Shown: in pieces, positions 12,511 to 26,283 of the stretch
How the letters are laid out: every line of letters begins with the position of its first letter
How positions within the stretch are numbered: position 1 is the first letter of the stretch
Origin: Antedon mediterranea
Lineage: Eukaryota; Animalia; Echinodermata
Direction: 5' to 3'
Length of the DNA stretch: 64,000 bases
Assembly: GCF_964355755.1 (NCBI RefSeq)
Contig: NC_092679.1
Location: forward strand, 9,764,201 to 9,828,200
The notes under the pieces: generated by a model
Seen by the model: the letters and a program-made list of their open reading frames with translations, nothing else
Databases searched by the model: none
What the model was told of the DNA's origin: nothing
Made by a program: the position numbers and the translations under genes

Positions 12511-13191
12511 ATGTCACGAAATACCAAGCCCGCTGAATTCGAAAGCGAAGACCAGCTATCGTTTGAATCGTTTGTTAAAAAAAAACTTGAATCGATTTTA
12601 AAAGGCCAAGAATCTAATAAAGCTGAGCTTTACGAAGCAATATCGTTTAATTCTGCTAGAATAGATGCCCTTGAAGATGAAAACAAGGAATTAAAAACGA
12701 CTGTCACAGAGCTGACAACACCAGTTGCTAATTTACAAGGTAGTACAACTGAGCTGTTGGCAAAAATTAACAAGACGGAACGCTTTTCTCGTCGTAATAA
12801 CGTAAGAATTGTTGGTGTGGAAGAGAACACAAAAGAAAACTGTAAGTTAATCTTTGAGAAAATTGTTTCCGATTTTTTCACACTCGATCCCAGGCCAACA
12901 ATCGAACGGGCCCACCGAGATGGTAAAAGTACGAACGGTAAGCCAAGGCATATCATTGCCCGTTTTCTCTCATACGCTTCTAAGATTGAAGTTATGAAAC
13001 AACGAAGTTCTGCGCTAGATAGCCAGAAATTTAATATCATAGATGATCTTACTGCTGCCGATCTACTGGAAAAAAAGAAATGGAGATCACAAGTAAAAGA
13101 GATGTACAATAAAGGTACCAAGCTTCGTTTTACGGCTGGAAAATGGCGAACTTCAACTGGCATTCCGGTAAACTTTTCGAAATTCCATTGA
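12511..13191 (+). CDS. LINE ORF1p (coiled coil + RRM, L1/Transposase_22-like)
   Basis: 226 aa, with heptad repeats followed by RRNNVRIVGVEE, IERAHR and PRHIIARF. Confidence 0.85.
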   Translation: MSRNTKPAEFESEDQLSFESFVKKKLESILKGQESNKAELYEAISFNSARIDALEDENKELKTTVTELTTPVANLQGSTTELLAKINKTERFSRRNNVRIVGVEENTKENCKLIFEKIVSDFFTLDPRPTIERAHRDGKSTNGKPRHIIARFLSYASKIEVMKQRSSALDSQKFNIIDDLTAADLLEKKKWRSQVKEMYNKGTKLRFTAGKWRTSTGIPVNFSKFH

Positions 13192-13609
13192 AATAGTTCC
13201 GGTAAACTTTTTGAAATTCCATTGCCATACTAGTGATCGGAATGTTGTTGTAAACACTTGGACTGTCTAAGAAACATTTCTTCTTTAAAAATTCAATCCA
13301 TTATTAAATTTTACAACAGACTAAGAATCTTTTGTCTATTATTTTCCTTACATCTGCATACTTTGCTTTATTTGTATAAGCCTCTTGATTGATTTTACAT
13401 AATAATTCTCACATAATTGCATTGTCATAAGATGTTTAAACCACTTAAAACCATTTATTCACCTTTGTTTTATTGTTACCCCCCAATTCTTAACTTGTTT
13501 CTTTATATTTACGTTCTTGTACTTTTCTGTTTTTACGTAACATTACCAGGCATCTTTTATTACATACTATTGAATAAACTAATCACATTATGTACCGCTA
13601 GATATTCTC

Positions 13610-16422
13610 ATGGACCCTTTTGACAATATAGATGCATTCCCATTTAATCACATTATTGATAATGATGAATTCTTGCATGTCATTCACTATTACTTTTGTG
13701 ACGATAGAATTGACTTTGATAGATTTAATTCTTTAATTTTTAAACCTTTTGATATTAATTTTAAAGATGTTATTAATAACAACGATGCCCAATTATTTTC
13801 CGAAAATATTGAATCTTGTGCCTATGAATATATCGATAGTCTTAACAACAAATATTCAACACAAGATTGTTCATTTAGTATCTTTCACTTAAACGCACGC
13901 AGTCTTGTTAAACATTTTAACGATATCAATGTATGCGTAGGTGCTATTAACCATGAATTCTCAGCACTATGCTTCACCGAAACTTTTTTTAATCATAATA
14001 CGCCTTTTTCCTTTTATAATATTCCCAATTATAACCTCTTGCATGTTTCACGAGCTAGTAGACCAGGAGGAGGCGTTGCCATTTACCTACACCAGAGATT
14101 TAAGTATATTCTTCGCCCTGATTTATCATTATCATTACTAATGGTTCGGAATCTCTTTTCATTGAAATCGATGCACAACCCAAAAACATAATCCTTGGAG
14201 TAGTATATCGTTTGCCTGAATTATCCATTAACACATTTAATAAAGATATCTCTAATTTAATTGACACCATTAATAATGAGAAAAAAACAGCATATATTTT
14301 AGGAGACTTTAATATTAACTTGTTAAATTCCAAAACACATAAAGGTACTTCTGATTTTGTTAATACTTTATTTCAATCAAATTATTATCCTCTTATTACT
14401 AGGCCAACTAGAATTACGCGTTATTCTGCAACTTTAATCGACAATATTTTTTGTAATAATCTATACGATAACTTTTCTTCCGGAATTCTATATTCGGACA
14501 TCTCGGATCACTTTCCTGTTTTCTTGTTAGTACATAAATCAGATCCTCTCCAACACCTGAAACCTAAATCAAAATATATGTACATAAAAAAAGTCAATGA
14601 TATTTCAATTTCTGCCTTAAGTAATGATTTGAAATCTCGTAAACCGTTTCCTTCTAGCTTTATTAACAATGACATTGAATTAAATAATCCTCAACAAATT
14701 GCAACTGAATTCAATAATTATTTTACTAGTATAGGGCCAAATTTAGTTAACAAAATACATGTGTCGGATAATGATAATTATACTTCTACCCTACATCGTC
14801 CATGTGTGCACTCTCTCTTTCTTAGTCCTGTAACCGAACATGAAGTTGTCAGTATAATACTTTCCCTCAAAGATAATAAATCTCCTGGGTTTGATGGGTT
14901 TTCCAATAAAATTATTAAACGTGTTTCTAATTTTATATGCAAACCCTTAACTCACATTTTTAATACCTCTTTTCAAACTGGTATTTTTCCTGATTCTTTT
15001 AAAATAGCTAAAGTCATCCCTATCTAAAGGAAAGAAGATCCTCATCATTTCAATAACTACAGACCAATCTCCCTACTTCCTTGTTTCTCAAAATTAATTG
15101 AAAAAATAATGCATAATTGAATTTCTTCCTTTTTAACTAAACATAACATTTTATTTAAAGGCCAATATGGTTTCAGGAAAAAGTATTCAACAGATCTTGC
15201 TTTATTAGATATTTTTGACAAAATTACAATTGCCCTGACTAAAAATGAGTTTTCTGTTGGCATTTTCCTTGATTTATCTAAGGCCTTCGATACTATTAAC
15301 CACGATATTTTAATTCATAAACTTTCAAATTACGGTATCAGAGGCCTTCCTTTAAAACTAATTAAAAGCTACCTTTTCAATCGTGTTCAGTTTACTTCCT
15401 TAAATAATTTTAACTCTTCCTATTCCCGTTTAACCTGTGGTGTTCCCCAAGGATCGATTCTTGGACCACTCTTATTCCTGATTTTTGTTAACGATATACC
15501 AAACAGCTCTAAATTACTAAATTTTATCTTATTTGCTGACGACACAAATATTTTTTTCTCTCATCCTAAATTAAATACCTTGTTTAAAATTGTCAATGAT
15601 GAGTTACTTAAAGTTTCAAATTGGCTCAAACACAATAAATTAACTCTTAATACATTCAAAACGAACTATATAATATTTTCTAAACGTAACATTTCAAATT
15701 CTTTAAATGAACAAATATACATTGATAATAAAATGATCAAACGAGTTAATGAAACACAATTTTTAGGAGTAACCATAGATGCCTCTCTGACTAGGAAACT
15801 ACATATAAATAAAGAGTTAATTTATCAGTAATCTAGTTTCTAGAAATGTTGGAATATTGAACAAATTAAAACATATCTTCCCTCAAAAAACCTTATTAAC
15901 CCTTTATAATACTTTAGTTTTGCCTTCCCTTTCTTATGCCAATTTATGTTGGGCAATTACTCTAGATAAATTTAATACGTTATGCCCCTGGACAAGTCTA
16001 GAGAAAACTCAAATTGACCGCCTTTTTAAACTACAAACACGTGCACTTCGGATTTGCGCGGGAGAATCATTTAGAGCCCATACAAAATTACCTTTTAAAA
16101 GATTTAACGTTTTAAACATTTATGATTTAAATAAATTACAAGTTGCCTCATTTATGTACCGTTTATCTAACAATTTACTGCCTTCACATTTTAATGCTTT
16201 ATTTACAAGAATTGACGAACGCCATTCCTATAAAACCCGATCCTCTGTTAATAATTATATCCTTGATAATTAATTTTAAAAGTTAAGGCTCGACGATTTT
16301 CTATGTATTATTTTGGTCCCAAACTTTGGACTTCACTCTCAAATGAACTTAAACAGAAATCTTCCTTTTCTAGTTTTAAATCTAATTTCAAATACAAAAT
16401 GGTGTCAGAATATGCTACATAA
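13610..16422 (+). pseudogene. LINE ORF2p (APE endonuclease + reverse transcriptase), disrupted
   Basis: Endonuclease motifs HLNARSL, GGGVAIY, GDFNINLL, SDHFPVF. RT motifs KSPGFDG, NYRPISLL, DLSKAFDT, GVPQGSILGP, LFADD. Several stops and frameshifts. Confidence 0.93.
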
Positions 16423-19220
16423 TTTTTCGCCGATCTTTTATCCTTATTTATTTGGTGGTGATACATGGCATTAAATCCTTCACCCTGGTATTCAATAATC
16501 TCCGCTACATTGTATCGTTATACTTGTTATTATACCATATTTAATTATATTTCATATTGAACTCTAATTGTTATCATTATCCCTTTTATCATTATATTAT
16601 ATAATTGCCTGGTTTATCTTAACTTCTATAATTTAAATTTTTTTGTTTTGTTTATTTTATGTACTTTCACTATTATATATTCATATTTTAGTCTACTCTG
16701 TAGCAATGTTAGTATACTTATAGGCATACGGGAGTCACGACTTAAAGTTCAGTGAACTTACTGTGACTTCCATCCACCCACATTTAATATATGTTATGTA
16801 AATGTAAATGATATATATATATATATATATAAGTGAGTGGAAAAAAATAAATAAACGAAACGAAAAATAAACGAAACATTCACAACCCTAAAAAATATCT
16901 CATTTTCAAAAAAAATATTTATTTTCAATAAGAAAAAAAAAGCAATATTCCTAGAGGTTGGAACCCGCTACTGAGAGCACTCAAGCCTGAGCATTACCCG
17001 TTACGCCACAAACCAGTAGATAACTGAAGAGCTGATAATAGTCTATTTATATGAAATTAATGATCAATCAATGAAAAATAATGCCATGCAACTTTGTTTC
17101 TGATTTTAAAAAAGGTTCATTTGTTTAGGCCTGACATTTACAACCCTCAAAATATCTCACTTTCAAAAACAATATTTATTTTCAATTTAAAAAAAAAAAA
17201 AATCCCTAGAGGTTCGAACCCACTACTCAGAGCACTCAAACCTGAGCATTACCCGTTACGCCACAAACCAGTAGATAACTGAAGAGCTGATAATAGTCTA
17301 TTTATATGAAATTAATGATCAATCAATGAAAAATAATGCCATGCAACTTTGTTTCTGATTTTAAAAAAGGTCTACTTGTTTAGGCCTGACATTTACAACC
17401 CTCAAAATATCTCACTTTCAAAAACAATATTTATCTTAAATAAAAAAAAAGAAAAGAAACAAAATATCCGTAGAGGTTCGAACCCACTAGTGAGAGCACT
17501 CAAATTTGAGCATTACCCGGTACACCTCAAACCAGTAGATAACTGAAGAGCTGATAATAGTCTATTTATATGAAATGAATAATAAATCAATGAAAAATAA
17601 TGCCATGCAACTTTGTTTCTGATTTTAAGAAAGGTTCATTTGTTTAGGCCTGACATTTACAATCCTCAAAATATCTCACTTTCAAAAACAATATTTATTT
17701 TCAATTAAAAAAAAAAGAAAAAAAATACCCGTATAGGTTCGAACCCACTACTGAGAGCAATCAAACCTGAGCATTATCCGTTACGCAACAAACCAGTAGA
17801 TGACTGAGGAGCTGATAATAGTCTATTTATATGAAATGAATGATCAATCAATGAAAAATAATGCCATGCAACTTTGTTTCTGATTGAAAAAAAGATCCAC
17901 TTGGTTAGGCTTGACATTTAAAACCATAAAAATATCTCACTTTTAAAAACAATATTTATTTTCAAATAAAAAAAAAAGACAAAAAATATCCCTAGAACCA
18001 GTATATGACTGAAGAGCTGATAATAGTCTATTTATATGAAATGGATCATCAATCAATGAAAAATAATGCCATGCAACTTTGTTTCTGATTTTAAAAAAGG
18101 TTCACTTGTTTAGGCCTGACAGTTGCAACCCTCAAAATATCTCACTTTCAAAAACCATATTTATTTTCAATTTAAAAAAAAATGAAAAAAATAACCCTAG
18201 AGGTTCGACCCACTACTCAGAGCACTCAAACCTGAGCATTACCCGTTACGCCACAAACCAGTAGATAACTGAAGAGCTGATAATAGTCTATTTATATGAA
18301 ATTAATGATCAATCAATTAAAAATAATGCCATGCAACTTTGTTTCTGATTTTAAAAAAAGGTTCATTTGTTTAGGCCTGACATTTACAACCCTCAAAATA
18401 TCTAACTTTAAAAAAAAATATTTATTTTCAATTAAAAAAAAAAATAAAAGAAATATCCCTAGAGGTTCGAACCCACTACTGCAAGCACTCAAACTTGAGC
18501 ATTACCCGTTACGCCTCAAACCAGTAGATGACTGAAGAGCTGATAATAGTCTATTTATATGAAATAAATAATAAATCAATGAAAAATAATGCCATGCAAC
18601 TTTGTTTCTGATTTTAAAAAAGGTTCATTTGTTTAGACCTGACATTTACAACCCTCAAAATATCTCACTTTCAAAAAAAATATTTATTTTCAATTTAAAA
18701 AAAAAAGAAAAGAAGTATCCCCAGAGGTTCGAACCCACTACTGCGAGCACTCAAACTTGAGCATTACCGGTTACGCCTCAAACCAGTAGATGACTGAAGA
18801 GCTGATAATACTCTATTTATATGAAATAAATAATAAATCAATGAAAAATAATGCCATGCAACTTTGTTTCTGATTTTAATAAAGGTCCACTTGTTTAGGG
18901 CTGATATTTACAATCCTCAAAATAGCTCACTTTCAAAAACAATATTTATTTTCAATTAAAAAAAAAGAAAAAAAATACCCGTATAGGTTCGAACCCACTA
19001 CTGAGAGCCCTCAAACCTGAGCATTATCCGTTACGCCACAAACCAGTAGATGACTGAGGAGCTGATAATAGTCTATTTATATGAAATGAATGATCAATCA
19101 ATGAAAAATAATGCCATGCAACTTTGTTTCTGATTTAAACAAGCACGAATGTGCAATACTCGGGGTACAGCAAAAGAAGCTGTATACAGACGTATACAGT
19201 TAGAAAGTTAAAGCAAAATA

Positions 19221-19291
19221 GGTTTCGCCAGGGCTCGAACCGGGACCTTCTGCGTGTTAAGCAGACTTGACAACCACTACACTACGAAACC
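19221..19291 (-). tRNA. tRNA-Val(AAC)-like gene, likely pseudogene
   Basis: Acceptor GGTTTCG/CGAAACC; anticodon arm TCTGC-TTAACAC-GCAGA; GGTTCGA T-loop. Mismatches in the D and T stems. Confidence 0.65.
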
Positions 19292-19501
19292 TCTTACATT
19301 AAAATTGTGGGTTACAGAAAGTTTTTTAATCCATTTAAATTACAAATAAATGGTAATAAGCACAAAGCAAAATAAACATGTGTAAAAGTGATAATTACCG
19401 ATTACACAAAATAAGTATTTAAAAAAATAATAATAAGATATACTGTGTATAATTATCATATTGCGTATACAGTACTTTTCACCATAAAGTTTAAAAAAAA
19501 A

Positions 19502-19573
19502 GGTTTAGCCCGGGCTCGAACCAGGTACCTTCTGCGTATTGAGCAAACGTGATAACCACTACGCCAAGAAGCC
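19502..19573 (-). pseudogene. Degenerate tRNA-Val-derived copy (anticodon mutated to AAT)
   Basis: TGGCGTAGTGGTTATCACG...GGTTCGAGCC; acceptor stem broken. Confidence 0.6.
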
Positions 19574-19718
19574 GCATATAACTACATAACGCTGTGGTGT
19601 GTGTCACACATTGTGGCTTCTTAATTAAACAAATTAATTAACAAAAAAAGCACGAAAGACGAAAGACGCTGTATACAGACGTATACAGTTATTTCACAAT
19701 AAAGTAAAAGAAACCCGA

Positions 19719-19790
19719 GGTTTCGCCAGGGCTCGAACCGGGACCTTCTGCGTGTTAAGCAGACTTGACAACCACTACACTACGAAAACC
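19719..19790 (-). tRNA. tRNA-Val(AAC)-like gene, likely pseudogene
   Basis: Same as 19221-19291, with one extra T in the acceptor stem. Confidence 0.55.
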
Positions 19791-20003
19791 ACTTACACTA
19801 AAAATGTGGGTTACAGAAAGTTTTTTAATCCATTTAAATTACAAATAAATATGGTAATAAGCACAAAGAAAAATAAACATGTGTAAAAGTGATAATTACC
19901 GATTACACAAAATAAGTATTTAAAAAAATAATAAAAATAATATATACTGTGTATAATTATCATATTGCGTATAGAGTACTTTTCACCATAACGTTTAAAA
20001 AAA

Positions 20004-20075
20004 AGTTTCGTCCGGGCTCGAACCAGGTACCTTCTGCGTGTTAAGCAAACGTGATAACCACTACGCCAAGAATCC
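20004..20075 (-). pseudogene. Degenerate tRNA-Val(AAC)-derived copy
   Basis: TGGCGTAGTGGTTATCACGTTTGCTTAACACGCAGA...GGTTCGAGCC; acceptor stem imperfect. Confidence 0.6.
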
Positions 20076-22710
20076 GCATATAACCATATAACTATATAAC
20101 GCTGTGGTGTGTGTCACACATTGTGGATTCTTAATTAAACAAATTAATTAACAAAAAATTAAAAATCCGGCTCTATAGCTTTGAGGACATGTCCCTCAAA
20201 ATATCTCACTTTCAAAAACAATATTTATTTTCAATTAAAAAAAAAAGAAAAAATATACCCGTATAGGTTCGAACCCACTACTGAGAGCACTCAAACCTGA
20301 GCATTATCCGTTACGCCACAAACCAGTAGATGACTGAGGAGCTGATAATAGTCTATTTATATGAAATGAATGATCAATCAATGAAAAATAATGTCATGCA
20401 AGTTTGTTTCTGATTAAAAAAAAGGTCCACTTGGTTAGGCTTGACATTTAAAACCATAAAAATATCTCACTTTCAAAAACAATATTTATTTTCAAACAAA
20501 AAAAAAAGAAAAAAATATTCCTAGAGGTTCGAACCCACTACTGAGAGAACTCAAACCTGAGCATTACCGGTTACGGCGCAAGCCAGTAGATGAGGGAAGA
20601 GCTGATAATAGTCTATTTATATGAAATGAATGATCCATCAATGTAAAATGATGTTATGCAACTTTGTTTCTGATTTTGAAAAAGGTCCACTTGGTTAGGC
20701 TTGAAATTTAAAACCATAAAAATATCTCACTTTCAAAAACAATATTTATTTTCAAATAAAAAAATATGAAAAAAAGTATCCCTAGAAGTTCGAACCCACT
20801 ATTAAAATCACTCAAACCTGAGCATTACCCGTTACGCCGCAAACCAGTATATGACTGAAGAGCTGATAATAGTCTATTTATATGAAATGAATGATCCATC
20901 AATGTAAAATGATGTTATGCAACTTTGTTTCTGATTTAAAAAACGGTCCACTTGGTTAGGCTTGACATTTAAAACCATAAAAATATCTCACTTTCAAAAA
21001 CAATAATTATTTAAAAAAAAAAAAAAAAAGAAAAAAATATTCCTAGAGGTTCGAACCCACTACTGAGAGAACTCAAACCTGAGCATTACCGGTTACGGCG
21101 CAAGCCAGTAGATGAGTGAAGAGCTGATAATAGTCTATTTATATGAAATGAATGATCCATCAATGTAAAATGATGTTATGCAACTTTGTTTCTGATTTTA
21201 AAAAAGGTCCACTCGGTTAGGCTTGACATTTAAAACCATAAAAATATCTCACTTTCAAAAACAATATTTATTTTCAATTAAAAAAAAAAGAAAAAAAATA
21301 CCCGTATAGGTTCGAACCCACTACTGAGAGCAATCAAACCTGAGCATTATCCGTTACGCAACAAACCAGTAGATGACTGAGGAGCTGATAATAGTCTATT
21401 TATATGAAATGAATGATCAATCAATGAAAAATAATGCCATGCAACTTTGTTTCTGATTGAAAAAAAGATCCACTTGGTTAGGCTTGACATTTAAAACCAT
21501 AAAAATATCTCACTTTTAAAAACAATATTTATTTTCAAATAAAAAAAAAAGACAAAAAATATCCCTAGAACCAGTATATGACTGAAGAGCTGATAATAGT
21601 CTATTTATATGAAATGGATCATCAATCAATGAAAAATAATGCCATGCAACTTTGTTTCTGATTTTAAAAAAGGTTCACTTGTTTAGGCCTGACAGTTGCA
21701 ACCCTCAAAATATCTCACTTTCAAAAACCATATTTATTTTCAATTTAAAAAAAAATGAAAAAAATAACCCTAGAGGTTCGACCCACTACTCAGAGCACTC
21801 AAACCTGAGCATTACCCGTTACGCCACAAACCAGTAGATAACTGAAGAGCTGATAATAGTCTATTTATATGAAATTAATGATCAATCAATTAAAAATAAT
21901 GCCATGCAACTTTGTTTCTGATTTTAAAAAAAGGTTCATTTGTTTAGGCCTGACATTTACAACCCTCAAAATATCTAACTTTAAAAAAAAATATTTATTT
22001 TCAATTAAAAAAAAAAATAAAAGAAATATCCCTAGAGGTTCGAACCCACTACTGCAAGCACTCAAACTTGAGCATTACCCGTTACGCCTCAAACCAGTAG
22101 ATGACTGAAGAGCTGATAATAGTCTATTTATATGAAATAAATAATAAATCAATGAAAAATAATGCCATGCAACTTTGTTTCTGATTTTAAAAAAGGTTCA
22201 TTTGTTTAGACCTGACATTTACAACCCTCAAAATATCTCACTTTCAAAAAAAATATTTATTTTCAATTTAAAAAAAAAAGAAAAGAAGTATCCCCAGAGG
22301 TTCGAACCCACTACTGCGAGCACTCAAACTTGAGCATTACCGGTTACGCCTCAAACCAGTAGATGACTGAAGAGCTGATAATACTCTATTTATATGAAAT
22401 AAATAATAAATCAATGAAAAATAATGCCATGCAACTTTGTTTCTGATTTTAATAAAGGTCCACTTGTTTAGGGCTGATATTTACAATCCTCAAAATAGCT
22501 CACTTTCAAAAACAATATTTATTTTCAATTAAAAAAAAAGAAAAAAAATACCCGTATAGGTTCGAACCCACTACTGAGAGCCCTCAAACCTGAGCATTAT
22601 CCGTTACGCCACAAACCAGTAGATGACTGAGGAGCTGATAATAGTCTATTTATATGAAATGAATGATCAATCAATGAAAAATAATGCCATGCAACTTTGT
22701 TTCTGATTTA

Positions 22711-23765
22711 AACAAGCACGAATGTGCAATACTCGGGGTACAGCAAAAGAAGCTGTATACAGACGTATACAGTTAGAAAGTTAAAGCAAAATAGGTTTCG
22801 CCAGGGCTCGAACCGGGACCTTCTGCGTGTTAAGCAGACTTGACAACCACTACACTACGAAACCTCTTACATTAAAATTGTGGGTTACAGAAAGTTTTTT
22901 AATCCATTTAAATTACAAATAAATGGTAATAAGCACAAAGCAAAATAAACATGTGTAAAAGTGATAATTACCGATTACACAAAATAAGTATTTAAAAAAA
23001 TAATAATAAGATATACTGTGTATAATTATCATATTGCGTATACAGTACTTTTCACCATAAAGTTTAAAAAAAAAGGTTTAGCCCGGGCTCGAACCAGGTA
23101 CCTTCTGCGTATTGAGCAAACGTGATAACCACTACGCCAAGAAGCCGCATATAACTACATAACGCTGTGGTGTGTGTCACACATTGTGGCTTCTTAATTA
23201 AACAAATTAATTAACAAAAAAAGCACGAAAGACGAAAGACGCTGTATACAGACGTATACAGTTATTTCACAATAAAGTAAAAGAAACCCGAGGTTTCGCC
23301 AGGGCTCGAACCGGGACCTTCTGCGTGTTAAGCAGACTTGACAACCACTACACTACGAAAACCACTTACACTAAAAATGTGGGTTACAGAAAGTTTTTTA
23401 ATCCATTTAAATTACAAATAAATATGGTAATAAGCACAAAGAAAAATAAACATGTGTAAAAGTGATAATTACCGATTACACAAAATAAGTATTTAAAAAA
23501 ATAATAAAAATAATATATACTGTGTATAATTATCATATTGCGTATAGAGTACTTTTCACCATAACGTTTAAAAAAAAGTTTCGTCCGGGCTCGAACCAGG
23601 TACCTTCTGCGTGTTAAGCAAACGTGATAACCACTACGCCAAGAATCCGCATATAACCATATAACTATATAACGCTGTGGTGTGTGTCACACATTGTGGA
23701 TTCTTAATTAAACAAATTAATTAACAAAAAATTAAAAATCCGGCTCTATAGCTTTGAGGACATGT
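22711..23765. mobile_element. tRNA-Val-bearing insert, copy 2
   Basis: Copy of 19138-20192 shifted by 3573 bp; tRNA-like copies at 22794, 23075, 23292 and 23577. Confidence 0.6.
22794..22864 (-). tRNA. tRNA-Val(AAC)-like gene, likely pseudogene
   Basis: Identical to 19221-19291. Confidence 0.65.
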
Positions 23766-26283
23766 CCCTCAAAATATCTCACTTTCAAAAACAATATTTA
23801 TTTTCAATTAAAAAAAAAAGAAAAAATATACCCGTATAGGTTCGAACCCACTACTGAGAGCACTCAAACCTGAGCATTATCCGTTACGCCACAAACCAGT
23901 AGATGACTGAGGAGCTGATAATAGTCTATTTATATGAAATGAATGATCAATCAATGAAAAATAATGTCATGCAAGTTTGTTTCTGATTAAAAAAAAGGTC
24001 CACTTGGTTAGGCTTGACATTTAAAACCATAAAAATATCTCACTTTCAAAAACAATATTTATTTTCAAACAAAAAAAAAAGAAAAAAATATTCCTAGAGG
24101 TTCGAACCCACTACTGAGAGAACTCAAACCTGAGCATTACCGGTTACGGCGCAAGCCAGTAGATGAGGGAAGAGCTGATAATAGTCTATTTATATGAAAT
24201 GAATGATCCATCAATGTAAAATGATGTTATGCAACTTTGTTTCTGATTTTGAAAAAGGTCCACTTGGTTAGGCTTGAAATTTAAAACCATAAAAATATCT
24301 CACTTTCAAAAACAATATTTATTTTCAAATAAAAAAATATGAAAAAAAGTATCCCTAGAAGTTCGAACCCACTATTAAAATCACTCAAACCTGAGCATTA
24401 CCCGTTACGCCGCAAACCAGTATATGACTGAAGAGCTGATAATAGTCTATTTATATGAAATGAATGATCCATCAATGTAAAATGATGTTATGCAACTTTG
24501 TTTCTGATTTAAAAAACGGTCCACTTGGTTAGGCTTGACATTTAAAACCATAAAAATATCTCACTTTCAAAAACAATAATTATTTAAAAAAAAAAAAAAA
24601 AAGAAAAAAATATTCCTAGAGGTTCGAACCCACTACTGAGAGAACTCAAACCTGAGCATTACCGGTTACGGCGCAAGCCAGTAGATGAGTGAAGAGCTGA
24701 TAATAGTCTATTTATATGAAATGAATGATCCATCAATGTAAAATGATGTTATGCAACTTTGTTTCTGATTTTAAAAAAGGTCCACTCGGTTAGGCTTGAC
24801 ATTTAAAACCATAAAAATATCTCACTTTCAAAAACAATATTTATTTTCAATTAAAAAAAAAAGAAAAAAAATACCCGTATAGGTTCGAACCCACTACTGA
24901 GAGCAATCAAACCTGAGCATTATCCGTTACGCAACAAACCAGTAGATGACTGAGGAGCTGATAATAGTCTATTTATATGAAATGAATGATCAATCAATGA
25001 AAAATAATGCCATGCAACTTTGTTTCTGATTGAAAAAAAGATCCACTTGGTTAGGCTTGACATTTAAAACCATAAAAATATCTCACTTTTAAAAACAATA
25101 TTTATTTTCAAATAAAAAAAAAAGACAAAAAATATCCCTAGAACCAGTATATGACTGAAGAGCTGATAATAGTCTATTTATATGAAATGGATCATCAATC
25201 AATGAAAAATAATGCCATGCAACTTTGTTTCTGATTTTAAAAAAGGTTCACTTGTTTAGGCCTGACAGTTGCAACCCTCAAAATATCTCACTTTCAAAAA
25301 CCATATTTATTTTCAATTTAAAAAAAAATGAAAAAAATAACCCTAGAGGTTCGACCCACTACTCAGAGCACTCAAACCTGAGCATTACCCGTTACGCCAC
25401 AAACCAGTAGATAACTGAAGAGCTGATAATAGTCTATTTATATGAAATTAATGATCAATCAATTAAAAATAATGCCATGCAACTTTGTTTCTGATTTTAA
25501 AAAAAGGTTCATTTGTTTAGGCCTGACATTTACAACCCTCAAAATATCTAACTTTAAAAAAAAATATTTATTTTCAATTAAAAAAAAAAATAAAAGAAAT
25601 ATCCCTAGAGGTTCGAACCCACTACTGCAAGCACTCAAACTTGAGCATTACCCGTTACGCCTCAAACCAGTAGATGACTGAAGAGCTGATAATAGTCTAT
25701 TTATATGAAATAAATAATAAATCAATGAAAAATAATGCCATGCAACTTTGTTTCTGATTTTAAAAAAGGTTCATTTGTTTAGACCTGACATTTACAACCC
25801 TCAAAATATCTCACTTTCAAAAAAAATATTTATTTTCAATTTAAAAAAAAAAGAAAAGAAGTATCCCCAGAGGTTCGAACCCACTACTGCGAGCACTCAA
25901 ACTTGAGCATTACCGGTTACGCCTCAAACCAGTAGATGACTGAAGAGCTGATAATACTCTATTTATATGAAATAAATAATAAATCAATGAAAAATAATGC
26001 CATGCAACTTTGTTTCTGATTTTAATAAAGGTCCACTTGTTTAGGGCTGATATTTACAATCCTCAAAATAGCTCACTTTCAAAAACAATATTTATTTTCA
26101 ATTAAAAAAAAAGAAAAAAAATACCCGTATAGGTTCGAACCCACTACTGAGAGCCCTCAAACCTGAGCATTATCCGTTACGCCACAAACCAGTAGATGAC
26201 TGAGGAGCTGATAATAGTCTATTTATATGAAATGAATGATCAATCAATGAAAAATAATGCCATGCAACTTTGTTTCTGATTTA

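Larger units (their letters stand above)
12413..16875 (+). mobile_element. Non-LTR retrotransposon with both ends present (CR1/Crack-like ORF2, L1-type ORF1), degenerate and internally deleted
   Basis: ORF1 plus an APE/RT ORF2. 3' stem-loop at ~16729-16771 and an AATAAA/(AAACG)n tail. TSD ACATT at 12408-12412 and 16876-16880 within a satellite monomer. Confidence 0.93.
19138..20192. mobile_element. ~1.05-kb Helentron/HINE-like insert containing four tRNA-Val-derived copies (copy 1)
   Basis: Begins AACAAG plus hairpin GCACGAATGTGC; internal ~490-bp dimer; replaces ~35 bp of a satellite monomer. The family assignment is inferred. Confidence 0.6.

Noticed and set aside
12630-13163. 177-aa antisense ORF (and similar antisense ORFs at 40748, 41370, 44110)
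   Set aside because: Shadow frames opposite LINE coding sequence.
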